64,000 nucleotides of DNA, taken from the NCBI GenBank assembly GCA_043750125.1, contig JAYVCD010000034.1, forward strand, positions 561 to 64,560, in the 5' to 3' direction. This document shows positions 16,519 to 25,925 of the stretch, piece by piece. A program made the translations under genes and the position numbers. The DNA is from Archangiaceae bacterium (GTDB lineage: Bacteria > Myxococcota > Myxococcia > Myxococcales > Myxococcaceae). The notes under the pieces are model-generated. The model searched no databases, was not told where the DNA came from, and was given only the letters and a program-made list of their open reading frames with translations. The stretch's first letter is position 1. Each line of letters opens with the position of its first letter.

Positions 16519-17915
16519 AGCGACCTGAGGCTGAAGCGGTGGCCGCAGTCCGGGCCGAGCTGGAAGCCGCGCTGGGGGCCGCGCAGGTCAGCGCTGACCC
16601 CGACAAGCTGCTGGTCTACGGGCACGACGAGTCGGACATGGGGGACTTCGCGCCCCAGCTGATCGTCTTTGCGCGAAGCACCGCCGACGTGCAGCAGGTC
16701 TTTGCCACCGCGTTCGCCCACCGCGTGCCGGTGACGCCGGTGGCCGCGCGCAGCGGAAAATCGGGCGGCTCATTGCCCTTGTACGGCGGGGTGTCGCTGA
16801 GCCTCGAGCGGATGAACAAGATCTTGAGCATCAACCCCGAAGATCTGACCGCGGTGGTCGAGCCCGGGGTCATCACCGGCACGCTGATGAAGGCGGCCGA
16901 TGACGTGGGCCTCTTCTACCCCCCCGACCCGAACAGCTGGGAATTCTGTTCCCTCGGCGGCAACGTCGCCGAGAACGCCGGAGGCCCCCGTGCACTCAAA
17001 TACGGCGTCACCCGCGACTACGTGCTCGCAATGGAATGGGTTCTTCCGACCGGCGAGGCGCTGAACATCGGCAAGCGCACCATCAAAGGGGTGGCGGGCT
17101 ACGACTTGTGCGGCCTGTTCGTGGGCTCGGAAGGGACGCTGGGGGTGGCAACGCAGATCACGCTCCAGCTGATCCCCCGGCCCCGCAAGGTGAGAACGGC
17201 ACTGGTGATCTTCAAAGACGTTCTCGATGCGGCGCGGGCAGTCAGCGCGGTGCTGGCGGCTGGGCTGCTGCCCCGATGCCTCGAGCTGCTCGACGATGTG
17301 AGCATTCGGGCCATTGACGGTCGCGGGTTCTCATTTCCGCCGGGCTCGGGCGCCGCGGTCATCGCCGAGGTCGACGGGAATCACGACGAAGGGCTGCTGC
17401 TGGAGCTCGAGCAACTGTCCGAAATCGCCACTGCCCACGGAGCCCTCGATACGCTCCTGGCGCAGGACGAAGCCCAGCGGGAAAAACTGTGGGCCGCCCG
17501 CCGGGTGGTCTCGACGGCGTTGCGGGCATTAAAGCCCTTCAAGATTTCCGAAGACATCGCGGTGCCGCGCTCGAAGATCCCCGAGGCGATCGCGCGGTTC
17601 AAAGAGCTCGGCGCCCAGCTCGGGCTCACGGTCGCGACCTACGGTCATGCGGGCGATGGAAACCTTCACGCCAACATCCTCTTCGATGGGCCCCACCAGC
17701 GTCCGAAGGTCGACCAGGCGCTGGCGCAGATGATGCGCATCACCCTCGAGCTGGGAGGTACCATTACCGGCGAGCACGGGGTGGGCTTTGCCAAGCGGGC
17801 CTTCATTGCTCTCGAGCAGGGAAAGGCGCTGATCGACTTTCAAAAGCGGCTGAAGGCCTTTATCGACCCATTAGGGTTGCTAAATCCCGGGAAAATATTC
17901 GAGGAAGAGCCCTAA
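16515..17915 (+). CDS. FAD-linked oxidase (GlcD / D-lactate dehydrogenase family)
   Basis: GTGA overlap with the SDR stop. Has an FAD_binding_4-type N-terminal half (VTPVAARSGKSGGS) and the C-terminal GTITGEHGVGFAKR. Confidence 0.8.
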   Translation: MKRPEAEAVAAVRAELEAALGAAQVSADPDKLLVYGHDESDMGDFAPQLIVFARSTADVQQVFATAFAHRVPVTPVAARSGKSGGSLPLYGGVSLSLERMNKILSINPEDLTAVVEPGVITGTLMKAADDVGLFYPPDPNSWEFCSLGGNVAENAGGPRALKYGVTRDYVLAMEWVLPTGEALNIGKRTIKGVAGYDLCGLFVGSEGTLGVATQITLQLIPRPRKVRTALVIFKDVLDAARAVSAVLAAGLLPRCLELLDDVSIRAIDGRGFSFPPGSGAAVIAEVDGNHDEGLLLELEQLSEIATAHGALDTLLAQDEAQREKLWAARRVVSTALRALKPFKISEDIAVPRSKIPEAIARFKELGAQLGLTVATYGHAGDGNLHANILFDGPHQRPKVDQALAQMMRITLELGGTITGEHGVGFAKRAFIALEQGKALIDFQKRLKAFIDPLGLLNPGKIFEEEP

Positions 17916-18046
17916 TAGTTTTCATTGGTTGCCGAACTCGAATTCTCTGCCGCGCGCTTCGTCCAAATTCCCGAAACTCTTCACACAACTACACGAAACG
18001 GATTGGGCGGCCATGCGTCTTCTCTTCAGAGAGAGAGGAAATTCAT

Positions 18047-18820
18047 ATGGCTTTCAGCGCAGCCCGTCGCAACTCATCCGAAGGCATCTCGCACTACCTG
18101 CGAAGCTTCGGCGGTCACAAACAACTTACGCGCGAGCAGGAATATTCGCTCAGCAAACGCGCGCACGCTGGCGATGAGGAAGCTCGTCGAATTCTGGCCG
18201 TCAGCAACCTTCCCTTCGTTGTCGCGGTGGCTCGTAAGTTCGCCAGCCGAGGCGCGCGGCTCGATGATCTCGTTCAGGAAGGCAACGTCGGCCTGATGAA
18301 GGCGATCGAGCACTTCGACTCGAAAAAGAACGTGCGCTTTGCCACCTATGCCGTCTGGTGGATCCGCGCGTACATCACCCGGTATTTGAAGGACAACCGC
18401 AGCCAGGTCCGGGGCGGCGAGTCCGAGCGGGCGAGCATGAGCGACTTTTCGCTCGACACGCCGATCGAAGAGGATGGCGATTCGACCTGGCTCGACCGCC
18501 TCGAGTCGAGCGACGAGGCTCCGGACACGACCTACACCCGACACGAGCGAGACGCCGAAGTGAGCGATGCGCTCGAGAAGGTGAAGAAGCGCCTGGGCGA
18601 TCTCGGCTGGGACATTCTTCAGGAACGCCTGACTCAGGACAAGCCGCGGACGCTCGAAGAGCTCGGGCAGCGGTGGGGCGTTTCCCGCGAGCGGGTCCGT
18701 CAGGTCGAGCTGAAGACCAAGAATTTCCTCGCCCGGTACCTCGAGCCCATCAACCAGGATTACGAGGTCGATGGCGACGACGAAAACGAGAATGACAACG
18801 ATTCGTCGGTAGCGGCGTAA
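18047..18820 (+). CDS. Sigma-70 family sigma factor (group 3 / RpoH-like)
   Basis: ATG 18047 with GAGAGAGGAA upstream. Region 2 reads DLVQEGNVGLMKAIEHFD...FATYAVWWIRAYI. Region 4 HTH reads LEELGQRWGVSRERVRQVE. The tail is acidic. Confidence 0.8.
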   Translation: MAFSAARRNSSEGISHYLRSFGGHKQLTREQEYSLSKRAHAGDEEARRILAVSNLPFVVAVARKFASRGARLDDLVQEGNVGLMKAIEHFDSKKNVRFATYAVWWIRAYITRYLKDNRSQVRGGESERASMSDFSLDTPIEEDGDSTWLDRLESSDEAPDTTYTRHERDAEVSDALEKVKKRLGDLGWDILQERLTQDKPRTLEELGQRWGVSRERVRQVELKTKNFLARYLEPINQDYEVDGDDENENDNDSSVAA

Positions 18821-18866
18821 CGGTCAAAACCTGTAGCAGTGCGAACTTCCCCCTTTTGCGCTGCGG

Positions 18867-18904
18867 CGCGCGCCCCCTTGATGGTTCGGGCGCGCGTTTT
18901 TTTT
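18867..18904 (+). terminator. Rho-independent terminator after the sigma factor gene
   Basis: Stem cgcgcgccc (18867-18875) / gggcgcgcg (18888-18896) with a 12-nt loop, followed by eight T (18897-18904). Confidence 0.85.
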
Positions 18905-18932
18905 CGTCTCGGGCGGTGCTAAAAGCCGGCGG

Positions 18933-19721
18933 ATGAAGCGCTCATTCCGGGTTGGGTTTGCGACGTTGTTTCTTGCCTCTGCGGCCCTGGCCCAGGGCGA
19001 TGCCGGCGCGGGTTCCGTTTCAGCCAATGGCGCGGCCGATTTCAGCGCCCGGCTGGACGCGTTGTGGGTGACCCGGGACACGCCCGAGTCGATCAAGCAG
19101 CAGAACCAGGCCGTCACTGAGGGCCTGGCGGCGTGGCCGGTCGACTACCCACTGCTTTGGCGCTGCGCCCGACACAAGTGGTACCTCGCCGATGGTCAGG
19201 ACTCGGACCACGGGGCGCAGAAGAAGGCGCTGGGGAAGGACGCGTGGGAATACGCCGATCGTGCGTTGAAGGCGAAGCCCGGCGGGTTCGAGGCCAACTA
19301 CTACAAGGCGCTTTCGATTGGCGCCTACTCGGAAGCGGTGGGGATTCTCACCGCGCTGTCGCAAGGGCTCGAACGTCAGTTCGTCGAGAGCCTCGATCTC
19401 GCGATGAAGGTCAACGAGGCCTACGAGCGGGCGGGGCCCGTGCGCGCGAAAGGCCGGTACTACGCGCAGCTGCCGTGGCCCAAACGAGATCGCGAGAAGG
19501 CCGTCGAGCTGCTGAACAAGGCGATCAAGCTGAGCCCGGAAGCGACCCGGTCGTACTTCTACCTGGCCGAAGTGCTGCTCCAGGCAGGCAAGGCGAAGGA
19601 AGCTCAGGTGGCGATGAAAAAGGTCTTCTCGCTCAGTCCCGACTTTGATCCGCCCGAAGGCCGTCGGATTCTTCTTTGGGCCAAGCCGGTCGCCGAGCAG
19701 ATTGATGCCGAGCTGAAGTAG
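18933..19721 (+). CDS. Secreted helical-repeat (TPR-like) protein, unknown function
   Basis: Signal peptide MKRSFRVGFATLFLASAALAQG. The sequence looks helical-repeat-like by eye. No catalytic motif was seen. Confidence 0.45.
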   Translation: MKRSFRVGFATLFLASAALAQGDAGAGSVSANGAADFSARLDALWVTRDTPESIKQQNQAVTEGLAAWPVDYPLLWRCARHKWYLADGQDSDHGAQKKALGKDAWEYADRALKAKPGGFEANYYKALSIGAYSEAVGILTALSQGLERQFVESLDLAMKVNEAYERAGPVRAKGRYYAQLPWPKRDREKAVELLNKAIKLSPEATRSYFYLAEVLLQAGKAKEAQVAMKKVFSLSPDFDPPEGRRILLWAKPVAEQIDAELK

Positions 19722-19746
19722 GAAAACACCCGTCGGGGGGAAGACC

Positions 19747-21585
19747 ATGAATGCAGCGCAACAGATGAAGACGCACGTAGAGGGCAGCGAAAAGAACCTC
19801 GTCGAGCTGTTGATTTCCCGGGTCAAGGAAAACCGGGGGCCCGCCGTGCAGCACAAGACTGCCGTCGGCTGGGTCGAAGTCAGCTGGGCCCAGGTCCTCG
19901 AGGACGTAACGAAGCTCTCGAACGCGTTGGTGGGGTGGGGCGTGAAGCCCGGAGACCGAATCGCGATTTTCGCCGGCACCACCCTGCAGTGGGTGGTCAC
20001 CGACCTGGCGATCTCGGCGGCACGCGCGATCACCGTGCCCATTTATGCGTCGAATACTCCGGACGAAATTCGGTATGTGCTCCAGCACTCGGGCGCCCGG
20101 TTGTGCTTCGTCGACAATGACGTGCCCGACGCGAAGCAGCCCGGCCGGCTGACCCGGCTGCGGCAGCGACTGGCCCAGTGCACCGCGGTGAACCAGGTGG
20201 TGGTGTTCGAAGGTCCGGCGGGTGGGGAAAAAGAGTTGTCGCTGGCGTCCCTGCTCGAGAAGGCCGCCGGGGTCGACGATTTCAGTCAGCGGGTGGCCGC
20301 GGTGCAGTCCGAAGACCTATGCCACTTCATCTACACCTCGGGGACGACCGGCGATCCGAAGGGCGTCATGCTCAGCCACGGCAACTGGGCGTATGAGGCC
20401 AAGAGCTGCACCAAGATCGGCCTGATGCAGAACGACGATGCCGTGATGTTGTTTCTGCCTTTGGCGCACTCGTTTGCACAGGTGATCAAGGCTGCGTGGC
20501 TGGGCCTGGGCTTCAAGCTGGCGTTCGCCGAGTCGATCGACAAGCTGATCGCCAACCTGGCCGAGAGCAAGCCGTCGATTCTGCCGGCGGTACCGCGGGT
20601 GTTCGAGAAGGTCTTCAGTGGAGTTCAGGCAAGCGCGATGGGCGCTCCGGGAATGAAGGGCAAGCTGGGACGATGGGCGTTTCGGCTCTTCGATGAATAC
20701 GTCGAGGCCAGACTCGCCGGAAAGTCATACGACTCGCTGGGCTGGGCCCTGGCGAAGCGACTGGTGTTCTCGAAAGTGAAGGCCGGGCTCGCCCAGAAGC
20801 TCGGGGGCCGGATGCGGCTGTTCATTTCAGGAGGCGCACCGTTGTCGACGAAGATCGCGTACTTCTTCGACCTGCTGGGTTTCGAAGTGCTGGAAGGGTT
20901 CGGGCTGACTGAGACTTCGGCCGCCAGCTGCGTCAACCGGCCGGGCAACTTCAAGATCGGAACCGTAGGGCAGGCGCTTCCCGGTACCGAAGTGAAGATC
21001 GCCAGCGACGGTGAGATTTTGATCCGGGGTCCGGGAGTGATGAAGGGCTACTACGCCAACCCGGAAGCGACCGCCGAGGTGCTCGAGAAAGACGGCTGGT
21101 TCCACTCGGGGGACATCGGAGAAATCGACGCCGAGGGCAATGTCCGCATCACGGATCGCAAGAAGGACATCATCGTCACCGCGGGGGGGAAGAACGTCGC
21201 TCCGCAGAATCTCGAGAACGTGCTCAAGACCCACCCGATCATCAGCACCGCGATGGTTCATGGAGACAAGCGGCCGTACCTCACGGTGCTGATCTGCGTG
21301 AACGAGGAAAACGCGAAGAAGCTGTTGACCGAGAAGGGGCTACCGGTCGGCAGCTATCTGGAAATCGCCGGTCGGCCGGAAATCCGCGAAGCCGTGCAGA
21401 AGGCCATCTCTCAGGTGAACTCCGAGCAGCCGCCATACAACACGCTCAAGAAGTTTCATTTGATGGACCACGACTTCACCCAGGAAAGCGGTGAGCTGAC
21501 ACCGACGCTGAAGGTGAAGCGGAAGTTCTGCACCTCCAAATACGCGTCGCTGCTCGACGGAATGTACGAGAGCAAGGCCAACTGA
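19747..21585 (+). CDS. fadD: Long-chain fatty acid-CoA ligase (AMP-forming)
   Basis: AMP-binding motif IYTSGTTGDPKGV, and GWFHSGDIGEIDAEGNVRITDRKKD. Confidence 0.85.
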   Translation: MNAAQQMKTHVEGSEKNLVELLISRVKENRGPAVQHKTAVGWVEVSWAQVLEDVTKLSNALVGWGVKPGDRIAIFAGTTLQWVVTDLAISAARAITVPIYASNTPDEIRYVLQHSGARLCFVDNDVPDAKQPGRLTRLRQRLAQCTAVNQVVVFEGPAGGEKELSLASLLEKAAGVDDFSQRVAAVQSEDLCHFIYTSGTTGDPKGVMLSHGNWAYEAKSCTKIGLMQNDDAVMLFLPLAHSFAQVIKAAWLGLGFKLAFAESIDKLIANLAESKPSILPAVPRVFEKVFSGVQASAMGAPGMKGKLGRWAFRLFDEYVEARLAGKSYDSLGWALAKRLVFSKVKAGLAQKLGGRMRLFISGGAPLSTKIAYFFDLLGFEVLEGFGLTETSAASCVNRPGNFKIGTVGQALPGTEVKIASDGEILIRGPGVMKGYYANPEATAEVLEKDGWFHSGDIGEIDAEGNVRITDRKKDIIVTAGGKNVAPQNLENVLKTHPIISTAMVHGDKRPYLTVLICVNEENAKKLLTEKGLPVGSYLEIAGRPEIREAVQKAISQVNSEQPPYNTLKKFHLMDHDFTQESGELTPTLKVKRKFCTSKYASLLDGMYESKAN

Positions 21586-21640
21586 AGGGTGGGCCGTGAG
21601 GGGGGAATGGAAGGCTCCCGCCACACGCCAATTCCCTTTT

Positions 21641-21880
21641 TCAGCTCTGCTTGGTCGCAGCCTTATCGGCGGCGGGAATGGCAGTCCCGCTGCCTTCGGC
21701 AATCTTCTTGTCCTTCGCGACCTCTTCGGGAGTCGGCTCGCCCTCGCCTCCAAAGCCCTTCTTGAAGTTGCGAATGGCGCTGCCCAGCGACGATCCCAGC
21801 TGCGGAAGGCGGGTGGCTCCAAACAGGAGCATCAACACCGCCATAATCAAAAGAACTTCGGTCCACTTCAGGCCCATCAT
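21641..21880 (-). CDS. tatA: Twin-arginine translocase subunit TatA/E
   Basis: MMGLKWTEVLLIMAVLMLLFGATRLPQLGSSLGSAIRNFKKGF. AAGGAG lies upstream. Confidence 0.9.
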   Translation of the reverse strand: MMGLKWTEVLLIMAVLMLLFGATRLPQLGSSLGSAIRNFKKGFGGEGEPTPEEVAKDKKIAEGSGTAIPAADKAATKQS

Positions 21881-21952
21881 GGGTGCTCCTTCGGAAATGA
21901 GGAAGCGATCATACCGGGCGCCCGGACAGACCGCTACCCTGGTACCCAGCCT

Positions 21953-24193
21953 CTACCCCACCGTTCCGGTACCGGTGGGCGATTTGTCCCCCACGGGGGA
22001 GGCGACATGCCGAATCACGGGCTCGACGTTTTTCGGCTCTGAGCTGCGGCGAGCCAGCTCGAGCTGAACGGCCTGGCTGCGGACCAACTGCCCATCAATG
22101 GGCTGTGGAACGGGCAGGTAGGTGCCATCGACGGTGAGCTGGCGGGCTTTGACGTTGTCTTTGAATCCGATTCCCAGCACTTCTTCGAGAATGCGGGCCC
22201 GAATGGCAGGGTCTTCGACCGGGAACATCACCTCGACCCGGCGCTGGAAATTTCTCGGCATCCAGTCGGCGCTGGACATCCAGACCTCGGTGCTGGCGCC
22301 GGTTCCAAAGGCGAAGACCCGCGAGTGCTCGAGGAATCGGTCGATGATGCTCGTCACCCGGATCCGCTCGCTCACCCCGGGCACTCCTGGCCGCAGGCAG
22401 CAGATGCCACGAACCAGCAGCTCGATTTCGACCCCGGCCTGGCTGGCCGCGTACAGGGCGCGAATGGTGGCCGGGTCGACCAGTGAGTTGAGCTTGCCTG
22501 CGATGCGGGCCGGCTCACCCTTCTTCGCGCGGGTGGTCTGAGCTTCGATCAGCTCGAGCACCTTGGCTTGAAGGCTCATCGGCGCGACGGCCAGTCGCTT
22601 CCAGGCAGGCGCCGACGAGTAGCCGGTGAGCAGGTTGAAGAGCGCGGTCACGTCGTCGGCGATTTCCGGCCGGGCGGTGAACAGCGAGAGGTCCGTATAG
22701 CTGCGCGCGGTCTGAGGGTTGTAGTTCCCGGTGCCGAGGTGAACGTAGCGACGAATTCCGCTGCCTTCGCGGCGGACTACCATCGTCACTTTGCAGTGGG
22801 TCTTGAGGCCGATCAGCCCGTAGACGACGTGCACCCCGTTCTCTTCCATGCGCCGGGCCCATGCGATGTTGTTCGCTTCGTCCAGCCGGGCCTTGAGCTC
22901 GACGAGCACCGCGACCTGCTTCCCATTCTCAGAGGCCCGCACCAGAGCGCGGCCGATCGGGCTGTCGCCGCCGCTGGTGCGGTACAGCGTCTGCTTGATG
23001 GCCAGAACGTTGGGATCATCGGCCGCCTCTTCGATGAAGCGAACGACCGGGTCAAAGGCTTCATAGGGGTGATGCAGCAAGACGTCGCGTTGCCCCACCA
23101 CGTGAAGAATCGATTCGACATCGCGAAGCACCAGTGGAATCGCAGGCACCATCGGCTCGACGCGGTTCTCGGGCCTGGGGTCGGCGTCCGCCAGCGCTCC
23201 GAGGTCCTGAAGCTGAAGCGGGCCGGCGACCCGGTACACGTCCTGGGGAGAGAGCTTGAGCGCGTAGGTGAGCTGGGCCTCGAGGGTGGGGGAAGCTGCG
23301 TTGTCGAGCTCGAGCCGGACTGCCGCGCCCCGCTCACGGCGCCGCAGCTCTTGTTGAATGGTGGACAGAAGGTCTTCAGATTCTTCCTCGTCGACGTTGA
23401 GGTCCCAGTTGCGGGTGACGCGAAAGCCCACCGTCTGCTCGACCGCGTACCCGGGGAAGAGATCGCCGACGTGCAGCGAGATCAATTCTTCGAGAAGAAG
23501 AAAGGCGTGGCCCGACGCCGAGGGCAAGGGAACCACCCGGGCGAGCACGCTGGGCACCTGAACCACCGCCAGCGAGCTTTCGCTTTGGTCCTTCTTTCGC
23601 CTTCGACCTTCGCGGCGAAGCAGCACCGCCAGGTTGATCGACTTGTTGCGCAGGTGAGGGAAGGGGTGGCCGGGGTCGACGGCCAGCGGGGTCAGCGCCG
23701 GAAACACCGAAGACTGGAAGTGGGCCTTGGCCGCGGTCTTCTGTTCAGCCGACAGCTCGGTGCGCGGGAGCACCGCCAGACCGTTGGCTGACAACAGCCC
23801 GAGCAGCTCGCGGTGCCAAAGGCGGTATTGCTCGGCCATCATCAGGTGGGTGCGCTCGGAAATCGCGACCAGCGCTTCGCTTGGCCCCATTCCGTCGGCG
23901 GAAAGCTCGGCGACTCCGTTCTGTACCTGTTGCTTGAGGCCCGCGACGCGCACCATGAAAAATTCGTCGAGGTTGCCCGCAGAGATGGTGAGAAATTTGA
24001 TCCGCTCGTGCAGCGGCAACGAGGCGTTGCGGGCCTCGACCAGGACGCGCTCGTTGAAAGCCAGCCAGGAAAGCTCGCGATTGATGAAGAGCAGTCGGTC
24101 GGTCAGTTCCACGGGAGGATCGATGGTGGCACGAAGTAGAGGCACGCTCACGTCACATGTCTGCCACGGAAGGGGGTCGCGTCGCTCGATCAA
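21953..24193 (-). CDS. ppk: Polyphosphate kinase 1
   Basis: FINRELSWLAFNERVLVEA near the N-terminus, and PLD-like C-terminal domains (HCKVTMVVRRE, FLEHSRVFAF). The ORF start is TTG 24193 with no SD, so the true start is uncertain (GTG 24151 or 24145 are possible). Confidence 0.9.
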   Translation of the reverse strand: MIERRDPLPWQTCDVSVPLLRATIDPPVELTDRLLFINRELSWLAFNERVLVEARNASLPLHERIKFLTISAGNLDEFFMVRVAGLKQQVQNGVAELSADGMGPSEALVAISERTHLMMAEQYRLWHRELLGLLSANGLAVLPRTELSAEQKTAAKAHFQSSVFPALTPLAVDPGHPFPHLRNKSINLAVLLRREGRRRKKDQSESSLAVVQVPSVLARVVPLPSASGHAFLLLEELISLHVGDLFPGYAVEQTVGFRVTRNWDLNVDEEESEDLLSTIQQELRRRERGAAVRLELDNAASPTLEAQLTYALKLSPQDVYRVAGPLQLQDLGALADADPRPENRVEPMVPAIPLVLRDVESILHVVGQRDVLLHHPYEAFDPVVRFIEEAADDPNVLAIKQTLYRTSGGDSPIGRALVRASENGKQVAVLVELKARLDEANNIAWARRMEENGVHVVYGLIGLKTHCKVTMVVRREGSGIRRYVHLGTGNYNPQTARSYTDLSLFTARPEIADDVTALFNLLTGYSSAPAWKRLAVAPMSLQAKVLELIEAQTTRAKKGEPARIAGKLNSLVDPATIRALYAASQAGVEIELLVRGICCLRPGVPGVSERIRVTSIIDRFLEHSRVFAFGTGASTEVWMSSADWMPRNFQRRVEVMFPVEDPAIRARILEEVLGIGFKDNVKARQLTVDGTYLPVPQPIDGQLVRSQAVQLELARRSSEPKNVEPVIRHVASPVGDKSPTGTGTVG

Positions 24194-24226
24194 ATAAAGA
24201 ATCGCTCAGTGCGCTAGAGGGGGCAG

Positions 24227-25741
24227 GTGATCAAGCGCGCTCGCAAAGAGCCCACCGACGACATTCTGGCTGCAATCGACGTGGGGACCAACGCGGTGCG
24301 GCTCGAGCTGGCCCGGGTGCTTCCCGACGGATCTCTGGAAACGCTGCACCAGGAACGAGATCCGGTTCGTCCGGGGGAAGGGCTGTTCAAGACGGGCATC
24401 ATTCGCCGCGAGGTCGCCGATCGTCTGCTCGCGACCCTGCGGCGTTACTCGGCGTTGTGCCGCCGCTATGAAGCCCGGGTCAAGGCGGTGGCAACCAGCG
24501 CCGTGCGCGAAGCGAAGAACCGGGACGAGATCGTTCGGCGCGCGCGCAAAGAAGCCCAGCTGCTCCTCGATGTCATCTCTGGCCGCGAAGAGGCCCGGTT
24601 GATCTGTCTGGGCGTGCTGCACGGGACTCCACCGCTGAAGCGGTCGCTGTGCATCGACATCGGGGGAGGCTCGACCGAGGTGGCATTCGCGGTGGGCGAG
24701 CACCCCAAAGATCTCTGGAGCCTGACCCTGGGCGCGGTGCGAATCACCGAGCTGTTCGGGTTGTCGGGAAAAGTGTCGAAGAAGCAATTGAAGCTGATGC
24801 GCAGGTTCGCGCGCGAGGCGGTCGAGGAAGCGCTGCCCAAGCGCATCAACCATGGACCCAGCACGGCCCTGGGCAGCAGTGGCACCATTCAGGCGGTGGT
24901 GGGTTTCGCGCGCAAAGAAGGGGTGGGCCACGCCACCACCGAAGAGATTTCAAATGCGGCCGAAGAGCTCGCCGACATGGATCTGGCCAAGCGGCGAAAG
25001 CGCTTCGACCCACGGCGCGCGGACATCGTCGTCGCGGGAGCCGTGATTCTCGAGGCGGTGATGAAGCACCTGAAGCTCGATGCAATCACCGCGATCGATC
25101 GCGGGCTGCGCGATGGGCTGCTGCGCGACATGGTTCGCAGGCGGAAGGTGGACCAGAACGACGGGTCGTTGCACGAGGCCGCAGTGGGGGTGGGACGGCG
25201 ATTCGGCTTTGGGGAGCAACACTGCGAGCAGGTGACCCGCCTCGCGCTCGCATTGTTCGACGACCTGGCGTTGGTGCACCAGCTGCCGGCGTCGGCCCGC
25301 CCCTGGCTGGAAGTCGCCGCGCTGCTTCATGACGTGGGGAACGCGATCAACTACCAGCGGCACCACAAGCACTCGCAGTACTTGATTCAGAACGCCGATC
25401 TTCCCGGGCTGTCGGATCGCGAGCGGATGGTGATCGGGTGCATCGCGCGGTTTCACCGGCGCAGCGCTCCTTCGCTGCTTCACGAGGGGATGACGGGGCT
25501 GACGCCACAGGAGGCTCGGCTGGTGCGCAAGTGCGCGACGCTGCTGCGGGTCGCCGATTCGTTGGACCGCAGCCACCGCCAGCCCATTTCGAAGCTGTCT
25601 GCGTCGCTGCGGGGTTCAAAGGTGGTGGTGAAGATGAGCTCGCGAACTCCCATCGACCTCGAGCTGTGGGATGCCGAGCATGAGCAGCCGTTGTTCCGCG
25701 AAGTTTTCGGGCGCGCGCTCGTGCTCCAGCAGGGGCGCTGA
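24227..25741 (+). CDS. ppx: Exopolyphosphatase / GppA-family phosphatase with HD domain
   Basis: GTG start with AGAGGGGG upstream. Contains AAIDVGTNAVRLELA, IDIGGGSTEV, and LLHDVGNAINYQRHHKHS. Confidence 0.85.
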   Translation: MIKRARKEPTDDILAAIDVGTNAVRLELARVLPDGSLETLHQERDPVRPGEGLFKTGIIRREVADRLLATLRRYSALCRRYEARVKAVATSAVREAKNRDEIVRRARKEAQLLLDVISGREEARLICLGVLHGTPPLKRSLCIDIGGGSTEVAFAVGEHPKDLWSLTLGAVRITELFGLSGKVSKKQLKLMRRFAREAVEEALPKRINHGPSTALGSSGTIQAVVGFARKEGVGHATTEEISNAAEELADMDLAKRRKRFDPRRADIVVAGAVILEAVMKHLKLDAITAIDRGLRDGLLRDMVRRRKVDQNDGSLHEAAVGVGRRFGFGEQHCEQVTRLALALFDDLALVHQLPASARPWLEVAALLHDVGNAINYQRHHKHSQYLIQNADLPGLSDRERMVIGCIARFHRRSAPSLLHEGMTGLTPQEARLVRKCATLLRVADSLDRSHRQPISKLSASLRGSKVVVKMSSRTPIDLELWDAEHEQPLFREVFGRALVLQQGR

Positions 25742-25925
25742 AGCCTGGTTTGAGCTGACGCGGCCCGGGCTGGGAAAAAACACGTGCTGTTGTCGTGACA
25801 CCGCTTGTGTCGATCTCGGGTGTCACTGCGCAGCGCGGTTCTGCGGCTTTGCGCCCCGCACCCGTGGGCACAGCTTTTGTAGTGGGTCGTCGCGAAGTTC
25901 ACTTCAACCCAAAGGAAAAACTCTC

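Noticed and set aside
21586-21640. Imperfect gggaat...attccc hairpin with TTTTT between fadD and tatA.
   Set aside because: The stem is short and interrupted, and the loop is about 20 nt. The evidence is not convincing enough for a terminator call.
25791-25826. TGTCG/TGTCA repeats upstream of the DUF3455-like gene as a Pho box.
   Set aside because: The repeat spacings are 17 and 13 bp rather than 11, and the strongest elements are inverted rather than direct.
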